64,000 bases of DNA from Methanomassiliicoccaceae archaeon (GTDB lineage Archaea; Thermoplasmatota; Thermoplasmata; Methanomassiliicoccales; Methanomassiliicoccaceae), in the NCBI GenBank assembly GCA_040776945.1, contig JAXGZN010000002.1, positions 736,001 through 800,000 on the forward strand. The letters run 5' to 3'. The position numbers were made by a program, and so were the translations under genes. Of the stretch, positions 48,981 through 60,753 are shown one piece after another. Numbering within the stretch: the stretch's first letter is position 1; each line of letters starts with the position of its first letter. The notes under the pieces are model-generated. The model saw only the letters and a program-made list of their open reading frames with translations. It did no database searches and had not been told where the DNA came from.

Positions 48981-50393
48981 ATGAACATCGATCCTAGCAC
49001 TACCAAGTACATGATAAGGGCCAAGCTCCAGGCCGACGGAATCGTGGAGAAGCCTGACGTGGTAGGTGCCATATTCGGCCAGACCGAAGGTTTACTGGGC
49101 GACGAGCTCGATCTCCGTGATCTCCAGAAGAGCGGGCGCATCGGCCGCATCGAGGTCGAGGTAAGCTCCAAGCAGGGCAAGTCGGACGGCGAGATCCTCA
49201 TCCCTTCGAGCCTGGATCAGGTGGAGACGGTCATACTGGCCTCTGCCCTGGAGACCATAGACAGGGTTGGTCCCTGCAAGGCCAAGATCTCCGTGATAAG
49301 CATAGAGGACGTGAGGATCACCAAGAGGTCCAAGATCATCGAGAGGGCGAGGGAACTGCTCACCGAGCTCATCAAGCAGTCCAAGACCTCCGGCATCGAC
49401 CTGACCGAGAGCGTTCGACAGAGCGTTCAGACCGAGGAGATCGTCTCCTACGGGAAGGACCACCTGCCGGCCGGTCCCAATGTCCAAGACAGTGATGCCA
49501 TAATCGTAGTGGAGGGCCGCTCGGACGTCCTCAACCTGCTCAAGTCGGGCATCAAGAACGCCATAGCTGTAGAGGGAACGAACGTTCCCAAGACGGTCAT
49601 GGACCTGAGCAAGGAGAGGGTGATCACCGCGTTCGTGGACGGCGACCGGGGAGGGGAGCTCATACTCCGCGAACTGTTCCAGGTGGCCGAGGTCGACTTC
49701 GTGGCCCGCGCGCCGCGAGGCATGGAGGTCGAGGAGCTCACCCAGAAGCAGATCATGAAGTGCCTACGGAACAAGATCCCTGGCGAGCAGTTCATGGAGA
49801 TGTACGGCATGACCTCTGACAACGGCAAGACCGCCGAGGCCCGCGAAGAGCGCGCCCCCCGGGAGCAAGCCAGGGAGCGCGAGGCACGGGAGGAGCCGGT
49901 CCAGGAGGTAAAACCACATGAGCGGCCGCAAGAGAGGGAGCGCCCTCACCGCGAGCCCCGCGAGCGCAGGCCAAGGGAGCATAGGGAGCCCCGGGAGCCG
50001 GTCAAGGAACTGCCGGTAGTAGAGCCCATGGCCGAGCTTCCCGAGAGGACCGAGGGGCCGCACGCGGCAGAGGCCGAGCCCACCAAGGGACTGTCCGAGG
50101 CACAGGTGCTCTACAAGACAATGATCAACGAACTGGCCACTACATCCAAGGCCAAGATACTGGACGCCTCCGGGAGCATCATAAAGGAGGTCCCGGTGAG
50201 GGATTTGGTAAACACCTTGAAGACCAATGTCAAGGGAGTCAACGCGGTCGTGTTCGACGGCATCATTACCCAGCGCATTATGGACATAGCTGCGGACAAC
50301 AAGATCGTCACCATAGTGGGCACTAAGATGGGCAACATCACCAAACAGCCCGCCTCGGTGGAGGTCTGGACCAGGGATGACCTGAACGAATGA
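48981..50393 (+). CDS. dnaG: Archaeal DnaG (primase-like, exosome-associated)
   Basis: [33 protein letters not shown]. Confidence 0.95.
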   Translation: MNIDPSTTKYMIRAKLQADGIVEKPDVVGAIFGQTEGLLGDELDLRDLQKSGRIGRIEVEVSSKQGKSDGEILIPSSLDQVETVILASALETIDRVGPCKAKISVISIEDVRITKRSKIIERARELLTELIKQSKTSGIDLTESVRQSVQTEEIVSYGKDHLPAGPNVQDSDAIIVVEGRSDVLNLLKSGIKNAIAVEGTNVPKTVMDLSKERVITAFVDGDRGGELILRELFQVAEVDFVARAPRGMEVEELTQKQIMKCLRNKIPGEQFMEMYGMTSDNGKTAEAREERAPREQAREREAREEPVQEVKPHERPQERERPHREPRERRPREHREPREPVKELPVVEPMAELPERTEGPHAAEAEPTKGLSEAQVLYKTMINELATTSKAKILDASGSIIKEVPVRDLVNTLKTNVKGVNAVVFDGIITQRIMDIAADNKIVTIVGTKMGNITKQPASVEVWTRDDLNE

Positions 50394-51925
50394 GCGAAAA
50401 GGTGGACATACGGAAGGAGGTGGACCTCCGGTCCATCTCCACGACCGCCGACATCCTGATCCCCAAGGACCCCTTGGCCCGGGTCATAGGGCAGGAAGAG
50501 GCGGTGGAGCTGGCGAGGATAGCCGCAAGGCAGAGGAGGAACCTCCTGCTGGTCGGCCCTCCCGGCACCGGAAAATCGATGATAGCTCAGGCCCTCGCCC
50601 TGCACCTCCCCAAGCCCAAAGAGGAGGTCCGCGTCGTCCACAATCCCGAGAGCCCCGAACGGCCGATGGTGGAGATCAAGCGGGAAGAGGAGGTTCTTAG
50701 GGAGCGGGAGACCCGGGGGTCCGCGGTCGGCGAGCTCGTCGAGCCCGAGAAGGCCCCGGCGAGCGTCGCTGAGCGCCTTGGGTACCGCTGCCGTTCCTGC
50801 GGAGCTTATTCCAATGCAACGGAGCGCACCTGTCCCCGGTGCGAAAAGGCCAAGATGGATATGGGCATGCAGGCCAACAACCCCTTCGGGGACCTGCTGG
50901 GGAACCTCATGGAATCGATGGCCAGCGCCGCTCCCGGCCTCGCCTCTCCGGGGAAGGAGAAGGTCACCACCACCCGCAGGAGGGGCGATCAGGAAGAGGT
51001 CGTGGTCTTCGAGCGCGCGGGGGACAAGATAAGGGTGCTAGACCAGGACGCTCTGGAGAAAAGGAGGGCGTTGGAAAGGCTGCGCCCGCACAAGGTCATC
51101 GTCCCGCTTGACCGCAGCCCCTTCGTGCTGGCGACCGGGGCCTCGGAGACCGAGCTCCTGGGGGACGTGCGCCATGACCCATTCGGAGGGCATTCCCAGC
51201 TCGGCACCCAGCCATATGAGCGGGTCATCCCCGGAGCGGTCCATGAGGCGCACGAGGGCGTTCTGTTCCTCGATGAGATATCCCATCTCGGGCAGCTCCA
51301 GAGGTTCATCCTTACCGCCATGCAGGAGAAGCGCGCGCCGATCTCAGGACGCAATCCCCAGTCCTCCGGGGCGTCGGTCCGGGTGGACTCCGTTCCAGCG
51401 AACTTCATCCTGGTCGCAGCGTGCAACATCCAGGACCTGGAGCAAGTGCTATCTCCGCTGCGGTCTAGGATCAACGGCGATGGATATGAGGTGCTGGTGG
51501 AGACCTACATGCCCGATACGGAGGCCAACAGGGCAAGCTTGGCCCAGTTCGTGGCCCAGGAGATCGCCTCCGACGGGCGGATACCTCCGGCCTCGAGGCC
51601 GGCCATAGAGGCTATCATCAAGGAGGCCCGCGCCCGAGCCAGGACCATGGACGGGAAGGACGGGTCGCTAACGCTGAGACTGAGGGAACTGGGCGGCCTC
51701 ATCCGCTCATCGGGGGACCTCGCCGTTGCAGCGGGAGACCCTGTGATCGAGGCGGGCCATGTGAACACGGCCCTGAAGCGGAGCCGCACTGCGGAAGAGC
51801 AGATCAAGGAGCGGTACGGGACCTACATGAAGGGCCTCGGTACGGACATCTCGTCGGCGCAGAAGGAAAAGTCACCGTACTACTTCTGGAACGAGCAGAT
51901 GCGGGACGACCAGGCATACCAATGA
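50390..51925 (+). CDS. LonB-like AAA+ ATPase lacking the protease domain
   Basis: [43 protein letters not shown]; CxxC..CxxC insertion; no Ser-Lys protease domain. Confidence 0.85.
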   Translation: MSEKVDIRKEVDLRSISTTADILIPKDPLARVIGQEEAVELARIAARQRRNLLLVGPPGTGKSMIAQALALHLPKPKEEVRVVHNPESPERPMVEIKREEEVLRERETRGSAVGELVEPEKAPASVAERLGYRCRSCGAYSNATERTCPRCEKAKMDMGMQANNPFGDLLGNLMESMASAAPGLASPGKEKVTTTRRRGDQEEVVVFERAGDKIRVLDQDALEKRRALERLRPHKVIVPLDRSPFVLATGASETELLGDVRHDPFGGHSQLGTQPYERVIPGAVHEAHEGVLFLDEISHLGQLQRFILTAMQEKRAPISGRNPQSSGASVRVDSVPANFILVAACNIQDLEQVLSPLRSRINGDGYEVLVETYMPDTEANRASLAQFVAQEIASDGRIPPASRPAIEAIIKEARARARTMDGKDGSLTLRLRELGGLIRSSGDLAVAAGDPVIEAGHVNTALKRSRTAEEQIKERYGTYMKGLGTDISSAQKEKSPYYFWNEQMRDDQAYQ

Positions 51926-52426
51926 TCATATGAAAAGCTGCATCTGGTATGCGTCCTCGCCATCGTTGTAGTAACCGCGTATGACGTCCACCGGCTCGAG
52001 GTTGAACCGCCTGTAGAACTCCATGGCCGCGTAGTTGCCCTTCCTCACCTCTAATGTTATGACCCTGGCACCCTTTCGGCGGCTCTCCTCCAGGTACCGT
52101 TCCATCAGCATGGTCCCGATGCCCTTGCGGCGCAATTCGGGGGCAACTGTAAGCATCAGCACGCGGGAGTGCACAGAGGAGGTCATCACTCCCAACAGAA
52201 AGGCCCTGATGCCATTCTGGTTCTCCACCACCATGAATCCTTCAGGCCATGAGGCAGATATGGTGGTGAAAAGATGGGGGTCATAGCGTTCGCTCAAGGT
52301 GGAGCAAGCTAGATCATAGACCCCTGGAAGGTCACCGATGGAAAAGCCTCTTAGGCGCAACGTCCCAACAAAGATTCTTTCCCGGATTAATCCTTTTGCC
52401 CGACAGGCCTTTGCGTGAGGAACCAA
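51926..52426 (-). CDS. RimI/Ard1-like N-acetyltransferase
   Basis: RRKGIG, LEVRKGN..A..FY, YYNDGEDAY; true start probably ~52360. Confidence 0.88.
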   Translation of the reverse strand: MVPHAKACRAKGLIRERIFVGTLRLRGFSIGDLPGVYDLACSTLSERYDPHLFTTISASWPEGFMVVENQNGIRAFLLGVMTSSVHSRVLMLTVAPELRRKGIGTMLMERYLEESRRKGARVITLEVRKGNYAAMEFYRRFNLEPVDVIRGYYNDGEDAYQMQLFI

Positions 52427-52702
52427 GGGCTGTGGAACTGACCGTACAGCTGACCATCATCGCTCGAAGGCTCCTTTCCTGACGTCGCGGCTCGGGAACA
52501 TGCATCGCTCACTATATGGTTCAAGCGTGCCGTCCTGCGGTAAATGCCCTTCCATCTGCATCTTGAGCTCGATCTTGCCCGTCCAGGAAGAGGATCGATC
52601 CGGCGGGGCATCGTTGGGGCATATGGCCGGTTCGGGACTTTGATGGCCATGAGCCCTTTGAGGCCTAAGGACGGGGTCCCGCCTCGAAGTGGCAAGGTAC
52701 TA

Positions 52703-53023
52703 TCAGAGCGAGATCACCTTGTCGCTGTCAGCTATGATCCGATATAGGTCCTCCATCTTTGACAGGGGACAGGCCTCTGTTTCCCCCTTCTGCCTGATCC
52801 TCATGCAAGAGGTGCAGGAGTATGTCTTGCCGCCCAGATCGATGTAGCTGCGGATCTGCTCAGTGATGTTGAACTTTTCATTGTCCAGGTCCTCGCACTC
52901 AACGCCCTTCGCCAGCAGGAACATCCTGACCTCGTCGCCTTGACCCAAGCTGTAGATGCCGAGCCTGAACGCCTGATACACTGTCTCGGGGTCGTTTGAG
53001 GTGAGCACGATGCCGAACTTCAT
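52703..53023 (-). CDS. DsrE-family protein
   Basis: MKFGIVLTSNDPE, FLLAKGVE, CTSC, CPLSKMEDL, SDKVISL. Confidence 0.85.
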   Translation of the reverse strand: MKFGIVLTSNDPETVYQAFRLGIYSLGQGDEVRMFLLAKGVECEDLDNEKFNITEQIRSYIDLGGKTYSCTSCMRIRQKGETEACPLSKMEDLYRIIADSDKVISL

Positions 53024-53769
53024 GCGCTTTGGTAGAGAGAAAGCTGTAGATAAATCCACATGTGGGCCTGTTCGTCCATCCAAATGGACCTCACGGCCTC
53101 CACGCCTCACCGGCTCCTGTGAACTGCGATCGCCGTCCTTATGCCTATTCTGCCCGGACCCAGAAGGAACGATGATTGTAGACAGCACTTGTTCCGCAGC
53201 TCTGCAACCTCAGCTCAACACCAGCCTTGGGTCTTCTTGACATTGTTGGCCTCGTGACGCAGGGAGCAGTGGCCATTCTTATAAAAGGCGGCAGGGGGGC
53301 GTTAGACAGCAGCATCGATGCCCCGACCATCGCTTTTCATATTTGTTCATGGATCTGTCGTATAGTTCATGAAGAGCTGCGGGGGATCACGGCCGCCAGG
53401 CGAAGAAAATCACGATAGCGAGATCGGGACCACTTCGGAATAGGAACGAAGCGGGTTGAAAACGTCAAGCTGCATGACCGTGTACCGGGCCGTGCCGCCA
53501 TGAACGAGGGCCCATAGGCGCGGGCCGCGAGGATGGCCGGCCAGAACGTCCTCGGTTATCCTTCTTGCTCGGCCTCATGGCCATGTGGTTGGGTCCGTGC
53601 GCCATGACCAGCTGGCGGGGCCACCCCCTGCCGTCACAATTTCAGGAGCGTGGCCCAACGAAGCTTTATTACCAGGACCAGCGGCGCTTTCATTAAAGGT
53701 CCATTCGTCCAGCGCATGACGTTCAAGGCTTCATTTGGGACCAACTAAGAACGTATCTAGAAAAAAGCT

Positions 53770-54417
53770 TCAGAACGTTCTCGGCTTTCCTTCTTGACAA
53801 TTATTGATCGCCGATATCACAACGAACGCCCCCTTGCCGTGCCCGGGCAGGGCGAAGTCCTGAGCGATCATCTCGCTAGGATCACGGAAGATCGTCTGAA
53901 ATACCGCGGATGGCGACCAGTCCGCCTCCTTCAACATTCCAAGCACATTATCGGCCGATAGGAACCGGGCATCTTGATAGAACGAGCTGCCCTTCACCCT
54001 CTCCAAATACCCATGGCCGACCGCGCTTCCATCATCTAACATGCCGATAACCAGGCGGCCTCCAGCATGGGTGACCCGCCTAGCCTCTGCGATCGCCCTG
54101 AGCGGATCGCTGATGAAGCAGAGCGTGGTGACCATTAGAACCTGAGCAAAGGAGCCGTCCCTGAACGGCAGTTTCTCTGCTATGCCTCGAACTACCTCCA
54201 AGCCCTTTCCCCGAGCGATCTGAAGCATGGGCCGTGAGGGGTCAAGGCCTACCGCGGTCCCCAGCGGCAGAGCGAATCGGCCGGTCCCTACGCCGATCTC
54301 CAGACCGCCCTTCGATGCTACCCTCCTCAGAGCCTCCAGCTCAGAGAGATATATCGCGGGATGTTCATCGAACCAAGCATCGTAGTCCTTGGCCCGCTTA
54401 TCGAAAACGCACGTCAT
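53770..54417 (-). CDS. Class I SAM-dependent methyltransferase
   Basis: YDAWF, LEIGVGTGRF, AEKLPF. Confidence 0.9.
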   Translation of the reverse strand: MTCVFDKRAKDYDAWFDEHPAIYLSELEALRRVASKGGLEIGVGTGRFALPLGTAVGLDPSRPMLQIARGKGLEVVRGIAEKLPFRDGSFAQVLMVTTLCFISDPLRAIAEARRVTHAGGRLVIGMLDDGSAVGHGYLERVKGSSFYQDARFLSADNVLGMLKEADWSPSAVFQTIFRDPSEMIAQDFALPGHGKGAFVVISAINNCQEGKPRTF

Positions 54418-55015
54418 GGTAAGAGGGCATATGTCATTTAGTGCCTCGGTGCTCCTTTTTCCGCCGCCGATGCTTTTTCAGCTTTGAAAGCACGTCCTTC
54501 GTCAGCGACATGCCTGAGGTCCGCGCGGGCGCAGCGGGCCGATGGAACGATGCATATCCGGGCGAGGCCAGAGAGCGCCTTGGCCAAAGGATGGAGGTAA
54601 ACCCACAATATTGGGATATTTGGCCAGGATGATGCTTCGTAATAACTGCAGGTGTCCCAATGCCTGTCCGGCAACCTCAATGCCGTCCCTTCCTTCAATC
54701 GCCCGAAAGGCCCGTCCTTCTTTCCGGGGGCAACCACATCATGCTCCAGAATGTCCTTCTTCATCGGCCTCCGATACAAGATGGTGGTCCGAGCTAAAAA
54801 CCGCTTCGTGCCCTTTGTGGCGGACGGAACAGCGATTATGAAAGAAGGTCGATCACCTCGGCGATGTTGGACCGGCTAGGACCGCGACGTGCCTTCTTCC
54901 CCCCAAGCCTCGACCGCACGGACGCCATTCGTTATTTCAAGCGGACCATATGTGAGCTGTGATCACCTGCTCATCGGAACATGACGCGCCGGATGACAGC
55001 GTACTAAGCGTTGGT

Positions 55016-57022
55016 TCACTGCGCTCGCCGGGAAATGGTCCTTTTCCAAAATAGGACAAGGACGAGGGCCACGGCCGGCAGGACTATCAGGGCCGTCCAC
55101 GCGGACCCGACCATGCCGCTCTCGGCCGGACACACCTTGATCCAGCATATCGCCACGGCCGTGTTGTTCCCCTTGTCCCGTAACGTAAGGACTATGGTGT
55201 GGTTCCCCACCGGCAGCTTCACCGCCCAGGATTCGGCGGTGCTATCTATGGTCCCGTCCCCGTCGATGTCCCATTCGAACACCATCCCGGGAGCGTTGTC
55301 CGATGATCTTCCGGCATCGAGAAGTACGGGCCGGCCTTCGGATACCTCCATGTATGTCCAGGGCAAACAGGCCACCGGAGGCATCGGATCTATCTCCCAA
55401 TCCATCCAGAACAGGGAGGAGAAGAAGGCTGCTACCGGTCCTGAGCGCACCGCCGCACCGACCTCTCGGTTCTCGAAAAGCGCGCTGTCGCCCCAGTTGA
55501 TGGATGACACTATCGCCAGGTCATCGATCACCAGACCCTTGTTGTGCATCACTGAAAGACCATGGTAAGGGGATATGACCCGTGCCTCGAGGTCGTACCC
55601 ATGCTTCTTGGCGAGTGAGTTGAGCTTGTCGGCAACTGCCTGATTGTCCGCCCGGCCCCAGGATGAATCGAGGAGGACCCTAACCTTCGTTCCTCTCTTG
55701 GCCGCATCGATCAGCGAGGTCAACAGGCTGGGTTCCGAGGTCCATCGAGGCTCGATCGACATCTGTTCCACGAGGACGGTCTCCCTCGCACTGTCGATGA
55801 ACCCCTTGAGCGAGGCCATGGAATGGTCCGGAGAGAGCACCGGAACCACCTTGCATCGGTAACGGACGGTCTCGTCCGTTCCGTCGGGCGCATCGACCAG
55901 TTGCATAAGCTTGCCCCCGCTCCGTGGCGGCGCCACATCGATGCGCCCGTTGAAATCCCGGTCGAAGACACCATCATAGTAAGATCCCAGGTCCCAGGCG
56001 TCCATGGTCACTCCCCATCCGCGGTTGGAGTACAGCCCTGAGCCCCAGTTCTCTGACATGACCGTCACCCGGCGGCCGTCCACCACCAGGTACTTGGAGT
56101 GCAGGTAATCGTACCGCTTGTAGGAATCGAACGAGCGTAGCTCAAGGATGCGCACGCCAGCAGCGGCAAGGGTCACGGCGGCATCCTTGGACCGGCCTGA
56201 CAGTCCGCCTACAGGCTGGCCCTCGATGAGCACGTTCACCTCCACGCCGCGGCGGACGCACCTCACCAGTTGTTCCACTATGAAGGGGTCCGATATCTCA
56301 TAGACCGAGCAGTTGGCCGTCCTGGAAGCCAGAGATAGTTCCCGAGCGATGCGCCAGGCAGCTGTCTCCGGGGCCGAGAACGGCTCGACCACTGCATCGA
56401 AGACCGGCTGGGGATGATCTGACCGTCCGGGAGGTTCCACCTTCCAGTCCGAGGACGTGTTGGTGTCGCCCCCCCGTCTAACCATGGCATGGCCTTTGGT
56501 GACGCCCACTACCGGGGGGCCGCTCCATCCATCCCCTCGGTACGCTGATGCTCCATAGACCGCCGCATCGATGACCGAACGGTCACCGGCGCGCAAGAGT
56601 ACCTCATCCCCGCCATCAGCCAGGGCGAACCTTCCGCTCCATCCGAGCGAGGCGTTGCCCTTTTCGATGCACCGTATCCCTGGCCTGAGGTCAGCGAAAG
56701 CCTTTCCATCGGCGGTGAATGCTACCGAGGCCCCACTGCCCAAGACCATGCCGGGCGGGAGAATGATGGTCCCTTCCCCGTCATCGATGGTCATCCCGTC
56801 GAGGACCAGCTCATCTCCGAAATTGGTGATGATCACATACTCGACGGGCCGGCCAGGGCACACCTCGGTGATGAGAGGCCCGCGCACCGGGGCGGCCGGA
56901 GAATGATCGTAAGCGGCGAGCATGCTCTGCTCCGAGGATGTGGATGAGGGGCCAGGCTGGGCGGTGGGGAGAACTAGCACCAGCAGGACCAAGATATGCA
57001 GGCCCCTCATCGAGCCTGTCAA
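55016..57022 (-). CDS. Secreted phospholipase D-family protein (lamin-tail-like, 2 HKD, PKD, C-terminal TM)
   Basis: LHSKYLVVD, MHNKGLVID, WDIDGDG. Confidence 0.88.
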   Translation of the reverse strand: MTGSMRGLHILVLLVLVLPTAQPGPSSTSSEQSMLAAYDHSPAAPVRGPLITEVCPGRPVEYVIITNFGDELVLDGMTIDDGEGTIILPPGMVLGSGASVAFTADGKAFADLRPGIRCIEKGNASLGWSGRFALADGGDEVLLRAGDRSVIDAAVYGASAYRGDGWSGPPVVGVTKGHAMVRRGGDTNTSSDWKVEPPGRSDHPQPVFDAVVEPFSAPETAAWRIARELSLASRTANCSVYEISDPFIVEQLVRCVRRGVEVNVLIEGQPVGGLSGRSKDAAVTLAAAGVRILELRSFDSYKRYDYLHSKYLVVDGRRVTVMSENWGSGLYSNRGWGVTMDAWDLGSYYDGVFDRDFNGRIDVAPPRSGGKLMQLVDAPDGTDETVRYRCKVVPVLSPDHSMASLKGFIDSARETVLVEQMSIEPRWTSEPSLLTSLIDAAKRGTKVRVLLDSSWGRADNQAVADKLNSLAKKHGYDLEARVISPYHGLSVMHNKGLVIDDLAIVSSINWGDSALFENREVGAAVRSGPVAAFFSSLFWMDWEIDPMPPVACLPWTYMEVSEGRPVLLDAGRSSDNAPGMVFEWDIDGDGTIDSTAESWAVKLPVGNHTIVLTLRDKGNNTAVAICWIKVCPAESGMVGSAWTALIVLPAVALVLVLFWKRTISRRAQ

Positions 57023-57069
57023 TCCCAGGGCGGAAGATATGCGTGACCGCTACACTTATCCTAAAGGCC

Positions 57070-57738
57070 TTAGAGGAACTGGACCAGGTCGGCCAGGACC
57101 TTGCGGGGCTCCTTGTTCTTTACAACCCCTGATGCCAGCAGCACCCCCGCTGCCCCCAGCTCTATGGCCTTCTTGACGTCCCGGCCGGTCTTGATCCCCG
57201 CGCCGCAAAGGACCTGTATGTCCTCGTCGACACGATGCACGGCGGTCACCGTTTCACTTACGATCGCCGGGTTCGCGTCCGTCACCGAGACATCGCCTCC
57301 GATAAGCTCGGGCGGCTCCACGGCGATCATGTTCGGCTCCAGGGACGCCGCGGCGGCGGAGGTGGCTCGAGTATCGGTGCACACGCAGGTGATGAGACCT
57401 GCCTCCTTGCACAGCTGCACCGCCACCCCGAGGTCTGCGAGGACCATGCGCCTTTCCGAATGGTTCAAAAGGGTCCCCCGCGCGCCGGCAGCCTTCGCCA
57501 GTTCAGGTGTGATATGTCCAGTGGCCGCGCCTGGACGCTTGGCATCCACATGCTGCGCAAGGACCGGGAGGGTGACCGCCCGCGCCACCGCGGACAGTTC
57601 GGTGACCGGGGGGCAGACCGATATGATCACCCCGGTCTCGTCGGATACTTCCTGGCACGCTTCGGCCAGAGAGACCGCGCGCTCTCCCTGGACCTCGACA
57701 TAGGCCTTGAAGTTGATCATGACGACCGGGGCTCTCAT
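57070..57738 (-). CDS. tpiA: Triosephosphate isomerase (archaeal type)
   Basis: INFKAY, LLNHSERR, AVEPPELIG, GVLLASG. Confidence 0.96.
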   Translation of the reverse strand: MRAPVVMINFKAYVEVQGERAVSLAEACQEVSDETGVIISVCPPVTELSAVARAVTLPVLAQHVDAKRPGAATGHITPELAKAAGARGTLLNHSERRMVLADLGVAVQLCKEAGLITCVCTDTRATSAAAASLEPNMIAVEPPELIGGDVSVTDANPAIVSETVTAVHRVDEDIQVLCGAGIKTGRDVKKAIELGAAGVLLASGVVKNKEPRKVLADLVQFL

Positions 57739-57739
57739 C

Positions 57740-58882
57740 TCAATCCAATTTTTCCATGCGTTCCTTAAGTTTGCCGAGGACCGCCGGGCGGGTGGTGTAC
57801 TCCATCTCCTCCGGACCGAGGACCGCGGGCATGAACGGACCGTGGCGGCGCATGTATATCGAGGCCTTGACCGCGCCCCTGCGGGCCTCGTCCCAGCAGC
57901 TTCCGGCGAAGTAGTCTATAGGCTCATGATGACCGGGCGGAGAGCCGGGGTCCTCGAGCCCCTGGAACTTGCCGTTGCTGACATGCAGGCCTACCGCGCA
58001 TATGCGTGGCGGGCCGTCGAAGAACACAGGGTCAGAGTCGGCGACCGAGCAGGGATACCAGCCGCCGTAGTGAGAGCCTCTCATCCACCCGGAGACCAGG
58101 GCGGGGAACATGTAGGGCTGCAGGATCTCCCCGACCGCGGGAAGGCCGCTCTGGGCCCTGCAGATGCAGACTGGGTCGTCCTTACCAACGTACTTGCCGG
58201 CCGTGATGTTGAGCTTCTCGGTTGACACCACGGCACCGATCCCGATCTCGGGGATCTTGGACCAGATCCTCTTGATGGCATACCGGGTGGTGTCGCCCAG
58301 GAGGGTCAGGATATCATAGGTCTCGTCAGGGGTGGACATAACAACGCGCTTGGAATCGCAAACGTCCACTATCTCGAACTTGAACCCCTCATGGGCCCTA
58401 GGGTCGATGACCAGACCGGTCGTGGTGAACGGGTCCATATAGGTCTTGCACAATGGCAGGGAGTAGGAGGACGGCTCGGTCTTGTCGGCCATGAAGAATA
58501 CGAGGGGTTCCGCCCCGCGCTCCTTGAACTCCATCTCGGCCGCTCCCGGCCCGGCCCCTCGGACATTGCCTGAGAAGGCATCGGTGAGGAGGTCTTGCCC
58601 GGCAGCGTAGAGCTTCATCCTCTTGGCCTCCCTGGTGGCATCCATGAACGCCTCCCAGCAAAGGCCGTGGACATCCCTGTTGTTCTCCCCGCGGGTATGG
58701 GTGAGGAAGAGGTTGATATCATCGCCCACCCTGGTGACATAGAAGTCATCGATGGTGCCGGCCCTTAGGCCGTCAGCGAGCCTCTCTTCCGCCCTCTTCA
58801 TCATCAGCGGATGAGGTCTTGCGTGACCGCCGACAGAACCCACATCGGCCTTTATGACTGAGACTGTAACCCTGTCTGACAT
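57740..58882 (-). CDS. fbp: Fructose-1,6-bisphosphate aldolase/phosphatase
   Basis: VIKADVG, LYAAGQDLL, GKYVGKDDP, RRHGPF. Confidence 0.95.
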   Translation of the reverse strand: MSDRVTVSVIKADVGSVGGHARPHPLMMKRAEERLADGLRAGTIDDFYVTRVGDDINLFLTHTRGENNRDVHGLCWEAFMDATREAKRMKLYAAGQDLLTDAFSGNVRGAGPGAAEMEFKERGAEPLVFFMADKTEPSSYSLPLCKTYMDPFTTTGLVIDPRAHEGFKFEIVDVCDSKRVVMSTPDETYDILTLLGDTTRYAIKRIWSKIPEIGIGAVVSTEKLNITAGKYVGKDDPVCICRAQSGLPAVGEILQPYMFPALVSGWMRGSHYGGWYPCSVADSDPVFFDGPPRICAVGLHVSNGKFQGLEDPGSPPGHHEPIDYFAGSCWDEARRGAVKASIYMRRHGPFMPAVLGPEEMEYTTRPAVLGKLKERMEKLD

Positions 58883-58996
58883 TTACTTTCCCCTTAATAC
58901 TGCTCGAATATTGCTCTCTATATAAATAGTTAGTAGGGCTGACCGAACGACCAGAAAACGAGTGGCCATTTCAAGTTCGATGCCCTGTCCTCACTA

Positions 58997-59227
58997 TCAA
59001 GATTGGCTGACGGTTATGACGGTGACCGGGCAGGCGTCTTCAGCTCTTTTCGCGCAGTCGAGCAGGTCATCGGGTACCTTTCCCTTGGCGGAGCTCCCAT
59101 CACGGTATTGTTCCACTATCTCGGAAGTGCCATCTTCTCCTTCCATGAATATCTCGGGACACTCGTCCATATAACAGCGACCGCACTGGATGCACCCTTC
59201 TTGATCGATCTCGATGTTTACTGCCAT
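58997..59227 (-). CDS. Ferredoxin
   Basis: CIQCGRC...CP and AEDACPV. Confidence 0.9.
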   Translation of the reverse strand: MAVNIEIDQEGCIQCGRCYMDECPEIFMEGEDGTSEIVEQYRDGSSAKGKVPDDLLDCAKRAEDACPVTVITVSQS

Positions 59228-59343
59228 GGTTCCCCTTATTCTCACCTATCCAATTATTAATTTTTGGTCGTGATCGGATGCTGCGGCGTGCCCGCTGAAC
59301 ATCACATTTATACCTGATTGGAGCATGCACGCCCGGTATTGTA

Positions 59344-60660
59344 ATGAGCGAGGCGACTCCGCGGAACTCCAAGACCCTGTCCCCTGCCGACTCGGGGAGG
59401 GATGTCTCAGTGAAAGGCTGGGCCCAGGAGATCAGGAACCTGGGAGGAATATCCTTCTTGATCATCAGGGACCGTCATGGCATCGTCCAAGTCACCGCGC
59501 CTAAGAAGAAGGTCGCCCCTGAGGTCATGACCGTCCTCGGCGGCCTGTCCCGCGAGTCCGTGGTCAAGGTCACCGGCGTGGCCAAAGCTGCAGAGCAGGC
59601 CAAGGGCGGCGTGGAGGTCGTTCCCTCGTCGATCGAGGTCCTCAGCGCGGCCGCTTCGCCTTTGCCCATGGGAGTGGTAGATAAGGTAAACGTGGAGGCG
59701 GACACCAGGTTCGACAACCGGTTCATGGACCTTCGGAGGCCTGAGGCCCGTGCGGTGTTCGAGATCAAATCTATGGTGCTGGACCTTATCGGGGATTTCC
59801 TGACCGGCGAGGGTTTCCTGGAGGTGTTCACTCCCAAGATCGTGGCCTCGGGAGCGGAGGGGGGCGCGACCTTGTTCCAGCTCAAGTACTTCGAACAGAT
59901 GGCATATCTGGCGCAATCGCCTCAGCTATACAAGCAGATGCTCATGTCCACCGGCTTGGACCGGGTCTTCGAGATAGGCCCGGCCTTCCGCGCGGAGCAT
60001 TCGGACACCGTGAGGCACGTTTCAGAGTTCATCTCCTTTGATGGCGAACTTGCTTTCATCGATTCTATGAACGATGTGCTGGACGTTGTGGAGCGGTGCT
60101 GCCAATCGGTGATCGGAGGCATCGTGAAGAACGCCGCCCCGCAGCTGGAGACGCTCAATGCCTCGGTCACCGTGCCCCGGGCCCCCTATCCGGTGATCGA
60201 GTACTGCGACGCCGTGGAGATGGTTCAGGGAACCGGCATGCACATTGATCTCGGCGATGACCTGGGCACCGAGGGCGAGAAGGCGCTCGGTGAGATAATG
60301 AAGGAGAAGGGGCACGACATGTACTGGATCGTGGAGTACCCCGAGGAGGCGAAGCCCTTCTACATCATGGAAAAGGACGGCACCCCGTATTCCTACTCGT
60401 TCGATCTGGACTATAAAGGGCAGGAGATATCCTCCGGCGGGCAGAGGGAGCACCGGTACGATCGTTTGGTCCAGCGGATGCAGGGGAAGGGGCTGGACCC
60501 AAGCGCCTTCAACTTCTACCTCGACGCGTTCAGGTTCGGCATGCCCCCGCATGGGGGATGGGGGCTGGGAGTGGAGAGGCTCGTGCAAAAGATGCTGGAC
60601 CTTCCGAACATCAGGGAGACCATCTTGTTCCCCCGGGACCGCATCCGCTTGGTCCCTTGA
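59344..60660 (+). CDS. aspS: Aspartyl-tRNA synthetase (archaeal type)
   Basis: OB anticodon domain, LAQSPQLYKQ, FRAE, PPHGGWGLGVER, FPRD. Confidence 0.96.
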   Translation: MSEATPRNSKTLSPADSGRDVSVKGWAQEIRNLGGISFLIIRDRHGIVQVTAPKKKVAPEVMTVLGGLSRESVVKVTGVAKAAEQAKGGVEVVPSSIEVLSAAASPLPMGVVDKVNVEADTRFDNRFMDLRRPEARAVFEIKSMVLDLIGDFLTGEGFLEVFTPKIVASGAEGGATLFQLKYFEQMAYLAQSPQLYKQMLMSTGLDRVFEIGPAFRAEHSDTVRHVSEFISFDGELAFIDSMNDVLDVVERCCQSVIGGIVKNAAPQLETLNASVTVPRAPYPVIEYCDAVEMVQGTGMHIDLGDDLGTEGEKALGEIMKEKGHDMYWIVEYPEEAKPFYIMEKDGTPYSYSFDLDYKGQEISSGGQREHRYDRLVQRMQGKGLDPSAFNFYLDAFRFGMPPHGGWGLGVERLVQKMLDLPNIRETILFPRDRIRLVP

Positions 60661-60753
60661 AGGCACTGTCCGAGACATGGGCCCTCGCCATTATCGTCGG
60701 TCCCGGGCCGCCGGGCCGGCAATGTCTTAACCATCGGAGAGCCTTTCGCTCCT

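Noticed and set aside
49840-50000. Repetitive GAGC/CGCGAG sequence within dnaG
   Set aside because: Encodes a low-complexity E/R/P linker; not a DNA-level repeat element
53100-55010. Short ORFs around the methyltransferase (e.g. 54438..54779) and in 22300-22800
   Set aside because: No motifs, RBS or coupling evidence; they may be decayed genes but cannot be supported
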